From an uncultured bacterium (GTDB taxonomy: Bacteria; UBP14; UBA6098; B30-G16), in NCBI GenBank assembly GCA_965552135.1, contig CBEVQY010000008.1, forward strand, positions 3,662 to 67,661: a DNA stretch of 64,000 bases, read 5' to 3'. Under the pieces are notes generated by a model that was given only the letters and a program-made list of their open reading frames with translations, did not search any database and was not told the DNA's origin. Position 1 is the first letter of the stretch. The number at the start of each line of letters is the position of its first letter. Shown here in pieces: positions 56,942 to 64,000 of this stretch. The position numbers were made by a program, and so were the translations under genes.

Positions 56942-57140
56942 TTTCACACCGCCTGCGCTTCAGGTCCGCGCCAACTGTGCCTCAGATTCGCAACACCTAC
57001 TCCCCAGATTCGTGCCACCTGCACCCCAGACTCACACTACCCGCGCCCCAGCCTTGCACCATCTGTCCCCCAAACCCACGCCACCTGCGTCCCAGACCCC
57101 ACGCCACCTGCGTCCCAGGTTCACGTCGCCTGCACCCTGA
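56942..57140. repeat. Degenerate tandem array, 9 units of 22 bp (one of 23 bp)
   Basis: Units start at 56942, 56964, 56986, 57008, 57030, 57052, 57074, 57096, 57119; consensus ~AYYCRCGCCACCTGCGCCCCAG. Confidence 0.85.
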
Positions 57141-57226
57141 GCTTCCTCGGAGCCTCTCGGGCGCCTTCTGGGACCCTCTTTCGGTCTGCGCTGCCCGGGG
57201 AGCCTTCTTCGGGGTGCGCGCAAAGT

Positions 57227-57385
57227 TCACTTTTCAACCCGCGGCTGGAGGATGACAGGCTCGTTCCACTTTTTCCGGATGAACCACCTCAGCGCCTCAG
57301 CCTCGTCGCTTTTTCCCAAGATGGCCAGAAGCAGCGCACGATAACAAAGATACCGCTCCAGCATGAACTCTTTGACGTCGCGCAT
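57227..57385 (-). CDS. Unannotated 52-aa small protein
   Basis: MRDVKEFMLERYLCYRALLLAILGKSDEAEALRWFIRKKWNEPVILQPRVEK; GGGAGG RBS; own promoter. Confidence 0.6.
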   Translation of the reverse strand: MRDVKEFMLERYLCYRALLLAILGKSDEAEALRWFIRKKWNEPVILQPRVEK

Positions 57386-57402
57386 CACGCCCTCCCGCCT
57401 TC

Positions 57403-57431
57403 ATTATGTGTCAGAAAACGGCATATGTCAA
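57403..57431 (-). promoter_or_regulatory. Sigma70 promoter of the 52-aa ORF
   Basis: TTGACA-17 nt-CATAAT. Confidence 0.65.
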
Positions 57432-57454
57432 GCTGTTTTTGGAGGTTATTTTTC

Positions 57455-57483
57455 TTGCGCTTTGCCGCGGATGTTCGTATAAT
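57455..57483 (+). promoter_or_regulatory. Sigma70 promoter of PorV-like gene
   Basis: TTGCGC-17 nt-TATAAT; AGGAGG RBS downstream. Confidence 0.6.
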
Positions 57484-57517
57484 TAAATGAAGTCGGGGGT
57501 AAATAGGAGGCTTTGGT

Positions 57518-60493
57518 ATGGGTCGGGCTTTGACTTTTGCTTTGTTGTTTTTGTCGTTGAGTTTGAGTTTTGGGATAAGCGTAGAGGATGAGTACGGCGC
57601 GCGCCCTTTGGGTATGGGGAGGACCTTTGTAGCCCTTGCCGACGACGGCTACGCCGCGCAGTGGAACCCCGCGGGGATGGACTTTTTCAAGGAGCGCACG
57701 CTTACGGCGATGTTTTCGAGGCTTTTTTGGGGCATCGACAACGACGCCATAGGGCAGGGGTTCCTCTCCTACATTCACCACTGGGACCGCATAGGTTCGG
57801 CGGGTATATCGGTTGCGCAGCTTTTCAGCCGCCTTTGGTGGGAGACGCGTGTGACTCTATCGTACGGCAGGCGGCTTAACAAGCGCCTTTCGCTGGGGTT
57901 CAACCTGCGCTTGCTGCGGAACGAGGTCGTTCGGTCGAACATATCCTACACCGCGCAGCCCGGCGACGAGGAGCACGGCATTGTCAACCCCGCCGACGAC
58001 CCCTTCTTCGCCCAGCACGGGTGGAGCAAAACCGGCTTTACCGCCGACTTCGGCGCGCTGTACAAGCCGACGGAAAAGCTCTCCCTGGGTTTGATGGTTG
58101 CCAACATAACGCAGCCCGATATGTCGTTTGCCGGCATCGGCGCCGACGGCAGGGAGCCCCTGACGGTGCGACTGGGCGCGGCGTACAGGCTCTACGACCA
58201 CGTAATCCCAGCCTTCGACCTCAGATTCGTAAACGACGAGATAAACGGCAAAAAGCTTGTTAAGCCGCATCTTGGCGTGGAGTACTGGTTTGCCGGGAAG
58301 AACATAGCGTTAAGGACAGGTTTCAACCCCGAGGAGTACGCCTTTGGCTTTACGTATCGCTCTCGCGGCGCCCTGGATTTGCAGGTGGATTACGCTTTCA
58401 TCTACTACCTTTCCGACGTTCGGCAGACGGGCGCCACAAGCCACAAACTTTCGGCGACGCTTCGGTTCCTGCCGCCCCCAAAGCCCCTCTTCGACCTCGC
58501 CCTCAGAACGTCGAATATGAGCGTTTACCCCCAAAACGCCACCAAAAGCGACGTGATAAACATCAAGGCGGTTGTTGAGAATTTGGGCGAGCGTCCTGTG
58601 GACAGGTACACGGTAACGCTTTACTACGAGGATCCGGAGCAGGGCTGGGTTTTGGCGGCGCCAGTGCGTACGATAAACGAGCGTTTGGCCCCGGGCGAGC
58701 GCAAGGAGATCGAGTGGACGTGGACGCCTGTGCGTGAGGGGCACTATCAGTTCTTCGCCGCGGTGGACGACGACGGCACAGCCATTCCCAAGGTTCACGG
58801 AAGCATCGATGAGATCGACGAGGATAACAACAAGGGCTTCGTGGAGTTCAGGGTGTTCCCGTTGCCGGAGGGTGAGGTCTCGCCGGTCGAGAACACGCTG
58901 GAGATATCGCAGGTCACGCTTATCCGCGAGGAGGAGCCCATAGTTCCCGTTGTTTTCTTCGAGCCTATGGGTCACAGGGTCGACGAAAGATTTCACCATA
59001 TGCTTTCCGCCATAGCTTGTCGCCTGCGCCACAACCCCGACATCCACATAAGACTTTACGGCTACTACAACCCCGAGTCGGACGGCGATATTTATGAGTT
59101 TGGCGAGAAGCTTGCGCTCAACCGCGCGAAAGCGGTTCGCTCGGTTATTTTGCGCTTTGCGCCGGAGGCGCGTGATCAGGTGCACATAGTTGATCCCTCG
59201 ACCTACGATGCTTCGTTCCACCGCGCTGGCTGCAGCATGGACCATCAGCCCGAGGATCGCCCACTTGCTGAGGCTGAGAACCGCCGCGTTGAGATGAGAA
59301 CCTACGTTGCTGGCTTTGAGGACTGGTCGCCTGTGGTGTACTTCGACAAGAATTCCGCCAAGGTCGACATAAGCGCGCTGCAGACGCTGCGCGCAGAGGC
59401 GGAAAAGATACACAAGGTCATGCAGCGCAACCCCGAGGTCATCTTCCTCATCGAGGGGTTCGTCTCGGAGGGGGAGCGTGATCCCGTAAAACTCTCCTTC
59501 GACAGGGCGTACAACATCAAGAAGGCTTTGGGCGATATCCTGGGCGATGAGTTTGTCAAGCGCTATGCCCGCCGCATCTTCATCCGCGGCAACGCCGACA
59601 CCTACGCCGACCGCGGGAAGGCAAAGATAAGCATCTCCGGAGAGAGCCTGATCTTCCGCCCGATGGAGGGGAGATGGGCTGCGAAGGACTATGAGCTTCA
59701 GCAGGAGCAGACGAACTTCGTGAAGATAGCCTCCCACGTTGAGGCTGGCGTCGACAGCTACAGGGTTGCTATTGTCGATGAGGACGGCAAGGTTTTCCGG
59801 GTTCTTGCCGAGGGCACGGGAAGGATACCCTCGGGCGTGCCCTGGGACTGGCGCGACGAGAACGGCAACCTCATAAACCCCAAAAAGAAATACTACGTCA
59901 GGCTCGACATAAAGGACAGGCTCGGGCAGCGCTTCACGACTAAGTCGGAGCCCATAACGGTCAACGTCACAAAGAGGCAGCAGGAGATAGAGACGCTCAT
60001 AATCGTCCAGTTCGTCTTCGACGAGAAGACGTCGGAGTCGAAGTTTTTGGAGTCGAGGGTTGAGTATATAGCGAGGAAGTTTATCGAGAAGGCACTTGAG
60101 CCCAAGAAGCGCCTTATAGCCGAGGTTGGCGGTCACACCGACGTCATAGGTATGGACTTCCGCAACAGGGAGCTTTCGATCTTCCGCGCGCAGAAGGAAT
60201 ATGAGAACCTGCGGCAGTATTTGGTTTACCTGCTTGGTCTTTCGAGCGACGCCGAGCTTGACAGGTGGCTTTCGGAGCACAACACGATCCTCACCTACAA
60301 AGGCTACGCCGACCAGAAGCCCTACGTCATAACGAAGTGGGAGGGCGGCAAGCTTGTGCACAAGAAGATAGGCGAAAACTCCCTGCCCGAGGGCAGAACG
60401 ATAAACAGGCGCGTCGTAATCGAGTTCTACATGGAGAAGGAGGGCGCCAAGAAGGCGACGAAGGAGGAGCTTCCGCCGCAGTCGATGAGGTGA
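57518..60493 (+). CDS. PorV/PorQ-like beta-barrel + CARDB + three OmpA-like domains
   Basis: GARPLGMG..FVALADD..A..WNPAG; DYA...H.LS barrel end; VEN.GE..IDE.DEDNN; NRA..V/ENRRVE; LS.DRA; GHTD.IG...LS..RA...GR..NRRV. Confidence 0.82.
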   Translation: MGRALTFALLFLSLSLSFGISVEDEYGARPLGMGRTFVALADDGYAAQWNPAGMDFFKERTLTAMFSRLFWGIDNDAIGQGFLSYIHHWDRIGSAGISVAQLFSRLWWETRVTLSYGRRLNKRLSLGFNLRLLRNEVVRSNISYTAQPGDEEHGIVNPADDPFFAQHGWSKTGFTADFGALYKPTEKLSLGLMVANITQPDMSFAGIGADGREPLTVRLGAAYRLYDHVIPAFDLRFVNDEINGKKLVKPHLGVEYWFAGKNIALRTGFNPEEYAFGFTYRSRGALDLQVDYAFIYYLSDVRQTGATSHKLSATLRFLPPPKPLFDLALRTSNMSVYPQNATKSDVINIKAVVENLGERPVDRYTVTLYYEDPEQGWVLAAPVRTINERLAPGERKEIEWTWTPVREGHYQFFAAVDDDGTAIPKVHGSIDEIDEDNNKGFVEFRVFPLPEGEVSPVENTLEISQVTLIREEEPIVPVVFFEPMGHRVDERFHHMLSAIACRLRHNPDIHIRLYGYYNPESDGDIYEFGEKLALNRAKAVRSVILRFAPEARDQVHIVDPSTYDASFHRAGCSMDHQPEDRPLAEAENRRVEMRTYVAGFEDWSPVVYFDKNSAKVDISALQTLRAEAEKIHKVMQRNPEVIFLIEGFVSEGERDPVKLSFDRAYNIKKALGDILGDEFVKRYARRIFIRGNADTYADRGKAKISISGESLIFRPMEGRWAAKDYELQQEQTNFVKIASHVEAGVDSYRVAIVDEDGKVFRVLAEGTGRIPSGVPWDWRDENGNLINPKKKYYVRLDIKDRLGQRFTTKSEPITVNVTKRQQEIETLIIVQFVFDEKTSESKFLESRVEYIARKFIEKALEPKKRLIAEVGGHTDVIGMDFRNRELSIFRAQKEYENLRQYLVYLLGLSSDAELDRWLSEHNTILTYKGYADQKPYVITKWEGGKLVHKKIGENSLPEGRTINRRVVIEFYMEKEGAKKATKEELPPQSMR

Positions 60494-60569
60494 TGGTCTT
60501 CTGGGCGGATTTGCCCAGGCGCTGGATTCGCTTTTGCCGGCGTTGCGCCGAAGGAGGGGGGAAGAACAG

Positions 60570-62762
60570 TTGGTAAGCGTGAGGGTTGGTTTTCCGTTTG
60601 GTGGGAGGGCTGGTCTTCCGCTTGGGGGGAAAGTTGGCTTTTTGGTTTTGACTTTTGCTTTATCTGTTTCTTTCGCCCAGTGGCCCGTCGTAAGGTGCCA
60701 GAGCGACTGGCACACCGGTCCCGGGCTTTCCGACACAACCGACCAGTGGGACGGCAGATACCTCTCCGGCGACGGCATAAACACCGCCGTCTCACCCCTT
60801 GTCCTTATGTCTGATCCGACGAGCTTCGACCCAACGGCGTGGACTTCTCACATAATCGATAGCTCCCCCGAGATAGGCACCTTCAACTGGTGCGTTCGCC
60901 CCGCAGACATAAACGGCGACGGATACATCGACATCGTAGCCAACTTGTCCGACAACAACGAGTCGGCAACGGGGTATGTCGTCTGGTACGAGGGTCCTGT
61001 GACCGGATGGGCGTATGCGAGGCACAATATCTACACCTACACAGCCGTCGATCGGGTTGCGGGTGCATATCCTGCGGATATCGACAACGACGGCGATGTG
61101 GACATTGTGGCTGGGGATGATGCTGGGCTCTACTGGTTCGAGAACGACGGCTCGGGCGGTGGGTGGACACGACACACTATATACACGACCTCTGCGCTTG
61201 AGTATCATGCGTGGTACTACGACGTTGGCGACGCCGACGGCGACGGCTGGAAGGACGTCCTCGTGACGGAGATGGAAGTCGATATCCTGGCTACGTACAC
61301 CTACTGCACGATTTACTGGAACACCGGCACTGGACCCGATTACTTCAGCGCAGGCACGTACACCCTGCTTAGCTCCTTCGACAGCACGACGAGGATGGGT
61401 CAGTTCTGGCGGGCGATATTCTTCGACCCCGACCCCACAGACGGCTTCCTCGACGTGGCGTTCGAGAAAGTGGCCTACGACGTGTTCGGCTGGGATTTTC
61501 AGGACGACTCGCTCATAGTTGCCCTTCAGGGTCCGGCAAGGAGCTTTACCGATGTCTACTACCATTACATCGACATAGGCTCGACGGGGATGGGTCACGA
61601 CGGGCTTTGGAACAACGACTTCGACAGCGACGGCGACGAGGACCTCGTTGTCGCCGTTGCCGACAACGACTGCGCCACCGGCGCGTGCGACGATGTGGGC
61701 TATTTCTTCCTCGTCCAAAGCGACCCGGGCGATGTCTTCACCTACCACTGGCTCTTCGACGATCCCAACAGCAGCTACGGCGATGGTGCGATCATGTTCG
61801 ATATGGACGGCGACGGGATGACCGACGTCGTCGGTACGTGCGACAGCCTCGGCTACTTCCGCCGAATCGGACCGGGGTACACCGACTTCACCCTCGTTCC
61901 GCTCGATAACATCCCTGGAACGTCCCCGTCGACACACTTTGCGTCGCATTGGGTCTATCCCCACAACCTCGACCGCGGGATATGCTCCGGCGACGCCGAT
62001 ATCGACATAATCATCACCTTCGACAACGGAACGCAGGAAGGGCTTTGGGTGTACGAAAACCAGATGTTCTCCTTCGTCGACGCCGGCAGCCTTTACTCCA
62101 CCATCCTGGGGATACCCCTTCCTGTGGACACTTGCGTTGTGTGTTCGCTTTACTGGGAGGGCTGTCAGCTTCCGCAGTATACGATAGAGGTTTCGGGCAG
62201 GGTAGGTACTTCGGTATCGGGTTGTCAGTCGGCGCCCTGGGGCGACGTTTCAACAAGCCCCTATCACGACACTCCCCGCGGGTGGCTGGCGGGCGAAGTG
62301 CACGCGCCAACGGGAACGCTTTGGGTGCAGTACTACATAAGGATCACCCGGACGGGCGGCGCCACCGACCTCTCGCCGCTCGTCGATTCGGTGTGGGTGA
62401 AGATCTTCCCGATCCCCTGCGAGTGCGAAAGCATATCCGCGCAGTGGATCTGTCCGGTGCCGTGCTTCTCTTTCACGGCGTGCTCAACGCAGGTGATGCA
62501 GGTTGTGCTCTGGACCGACTCGACGGCGATCGACACAAGCCGCGTCTTCTTCACCGTGGACTACGGCGCTGGACCGTTCGCGGTTTGGGAGGAGGCATAT
62601 CCCGCGAACCTTTCGTTCGCCTGCCTTGGGTCATCACCGCCCTATTGCGATTCCGTCTTCGCCGAGCTTTCCGGCTTTCCGTGGCCGGACGGCGCAACGG
62701 TGACAATCACCCTCGACTCCGCCTTCACCGTGGACGGATGCAGAACCGTCTTCTCGCCCTAA
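60570..62762 (+). CDS. Secreted FG-GAP/VCBS repeat beta-propeller protein (start uncertain)
   Basis: DINGDGYIDIV, DIDNDGDVDIV, DADGDGWKDVL, DFDSDGDEDLV, DMDGDGMTDVV; signal peptide ending VSFA-QW. Confidence 0.8.
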   Translation: MVSVRVGFPFGGRAGLPLGGKVGFLVLTFALSVSFAQWPVVRCQSDWHTGPGLSDTTDQWDGRYLSGDGINTAVSPLVLMSDPTSFDPTAWTSHIIDSSPEIGTFNWCVRPADINGDGYIDIVANLSDNNESATGYVVWYEGPVTGWAYARHNIYTYTAVDRVAGAYPADIDNDGDVDIVAGDDAGLYWFENDGSGGGWTRHTIYTTSALEYHAWYYDVGDADGDGWKDVLVTEMEVDILATYTYCTIYWNTGTGPDYFSAGTYTLLSSFDSTTRMGQFWRAIFFDPDPTDGFLDVAFEKVAYDVFGWDFQDDSLIVALQGPARSFTDVYYHYIDIGSTGMGHDGLWNNDFDSDGDEDLVVAVADNDCATGACDDVGYFFLVQSDPGDVFTYHWLFDDPNSSYGDGAIMFDMDGDGMTDVVGTCDSLGYFRRIGPGYTDFTLVPLDNIPGTSPSTHFASHWVYPHNLDRGICSGDADIDIIITFDNGTQEGLWVYENQMFSFVDAGSLYSTILGIPLPVDTCVVCSLYWEGCQLPQYTIEVSGRVGTSVSGCQSAPWGDVSTSPYHDTPRGWLAGEVHAPTGTLWVQYYIRITRTGGATDLSPLVDSVWVKIFPIPCECESISAQWICPVPCFSFTACSTQVMQVVLWTDSTAIDTSRVFFTVDYGAGPFAVWEEAYPANLSFACLGSSPPYCDSVFAELSGFPWPDGATVTITLDSAFTVDGCRTVFSP

Positions 62763-62772
62763 GCGAAGGCTG

Positions 62773-62800
62773 TTGACGCGGGGAGCGTTTTGTGTATAAT
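62773..62800 (+). promoter_or_regulatory. Sigma70 promoter of uvrC
   Basis: TTGACG-16 nt-TATAAT preceded by TGTG (extended -10). Confidence 0.7.
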
Positions 62801-62810
62801 TTTTCCCGCT

Positions 62811-64000
62811 ATGGGGGTTTCGGCTGGGGTTTTGGAGAAGTATCGTCGTGCTCCGCACAAGCCGGGCGTGTACATCTTTCGCGGCGCGGGCGGCGACATG
62901 CTTTACATCGGCAAGGCCAGGGATCTTAAAAAAAGGCTTGCCAGCTATGTCTTCGGCAGGTCGCCCTCGCCGAGGATAGAGAGGATGCTCTCCCGCGCCG
63001 TCGACCTCGAGTGGATAGTCACGGACAACGAGCTTGAGGCGCTTATACTTGAGGCGAACCTCGTCAGGCAGCACAAGCCGAGGTACAACGTCGAGCTTCG
63101 GGACGATAAGCACTACCCGTACATAAAGATAACCGACGAGCCCTTCCCGCGCATCACCATAGCGCGGCGCAAGGGGAGGGATGGGCTTTACTTCGGTCCC
63201 TACGCCGACAGAACGGGCGCAGTAAAGCTTATGCGCCTCGTACGCCGCCTCTTCAGGATAAGGGTGTGCAAGCACAAGCTCCCTCCCAAGCGCAAGCTCA
63301 GGGCGTGCGTTCTTTACGACATAGGCAGGTGCCTTGGTCCGTGCATAGGCGCGTGTTCTGAGGAGGAATACCGCCGCGCCGTCGAGGAGGTCGTGATGTT
63401 TCTGCGCGGAAGGCGCACACAGCTTCTGGACAGGCTGCGGAGGCAGATGGAGGACGCCGCGCAGAGGGAGCAGTTCGAGATCGCCGCAAGGCTTAGGGAC
63501 ACCATCTTCGAGCTTGAGAAGATCCTGACGCCGCAGAAGATGGACAGCGACCTCGGCGACAGGGACTTCGTTGCGCTTGCGGTGGGGAAGTCGATTGGCG
63601 TGGCGGTGATATTCAGGGTCAGGCAGGGCGCCATGATCTCGCGGCACACTGTGCCCCTCACCGTCCCGAAGACGGAGTCTTTGGGCGAGGTTTTGGCTGA
63701 GTTTTTGGGCAGGTTCTACGCCGAGGACGGCGACATCCCCGAGGAGGTGATCCTTCAGGAGCACCCCGCCGACGAGGACGAGCTTCTGCAGACGCTGTGC
63801 GTTCTGCGGGGCAAGCGCGTTGAGATAAAGGTTCCCCAGCGCGGACCGAAGCGCGAAACGCTCCTTCTCGCACACAGAAACGCCCAGCTCATTCTCTCCG
63901 AGATGCTCCTTCAGCGCGAGAAGGTGCACGTTCCCTACGGCGTCCTCGAGCTGGAGCGCTACCTCCACCTGCCCAAAACGCCCAACCGCATCGAGGCGTT
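62811..64000 (+). CDS. uvrC: Excinuclease ABC subunit C (runs off window)
   Basis: Not in ORF track; hand-translated PHKPGVYIF...YIGKA.DLKKRL.SY (GIY-YIG), EAL.LE.NL, PRYN..L.DDK.YPY, FE.AA..RD, P.RIEA. Confidence 0.97.
   Translation, partial: MGVSAGVLEKYRRAPHKPGVYIFRGAGGDMLYIGKARDLKKRLASYVFGRSPSPRIERMLSRAVDLEWIVTDNELEALILEANLVRQHKPRYNVELRDDKHYPYIKITDEPFPRITIARRKGRDGLYFGPYADRTGAVKLMRLVRRLFRIRVCKHKLPPKRKLRACVLYDIGRCLGPCIGACSEEEYRRAVEEVVMFLRGRRTQLLDRLRRQMEDAAQREQFEIAARLRDTIFELEKILTPQKMDSDLGDRDFVALAVGKSIGVAVIFRVRQGAMISRHTVPLTVPKTESLGEVLAEFLGRFYAEDGDIPEEVILQEHPADEDELLQTLCVLRGKRVEIKVPQRGPKRETLLLAHRNAQLILSEMLLQREKVHVPYGVLELERYLHLPKTPNRIEA

Noticed and set aside
56942-57140. CRISPR array
   Set aside because: Units are contiguous and degenerate with no unique spacers; no cas genes in the window
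58310-60784. 824-aa minus-strand ORF (also 5531-7291, 18653-20230, 41268-42971)
   Set aside because: Antisense shadows of well-supported genes in GC-rich DNA; no motifs
62634-63968. 444-aa minus-strand ORF
   Set aside because: Antisense to uvrC, which the track missed because it has no stop in the window

Overview
GC-rich bacterial chromosome, probably an uncultured FCB-group (T9SS-using) anaerobe; the taxonomy is inferred from gene content only. Left to right: phoU and a Na/Pi cotransporter; an operon of M19 dipeptidase, ICMT-like protein, archease, a gingipain (C25)-like protein and a propeller protein; two more convergent C25-like giants behind a lipoprotein; tRNA-Leu(TAG); otsB-mscS-otsA; and a lutA-like/lutB pair split by a ~5.6 kb AT-richer island. 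The island holds a SeqA-C-like nuclease fusion, one intact and one decayed MntA/HepT pair, a small PD-(D/E)XK nuclease, VOC, ferredoxin and two lipoprotein paralogs, one with two nonsense codons. Then come a 12-gene chemosensory operon, a 15-gene Mrp-linked group 4 [NiFe]-hydrogenase locus led by a non-catalytic FdhF/NuoG-like protein, lpxB, a 9x22-bp tandem array with an unannotated 52-aa ORF, a PorV-like barrel fused to three OmpA-like domains, an FG-GAP protein and the 5' part of uvrC. The best candidate for a new system is the chemosensory operon: a TonB-dependent receptor, binding lipoprotein and YfiR-like protein sit directly before an MCP, with a MshEN-CheX-REC fusion and no cheB. All calls come from motif reading, not database searches.
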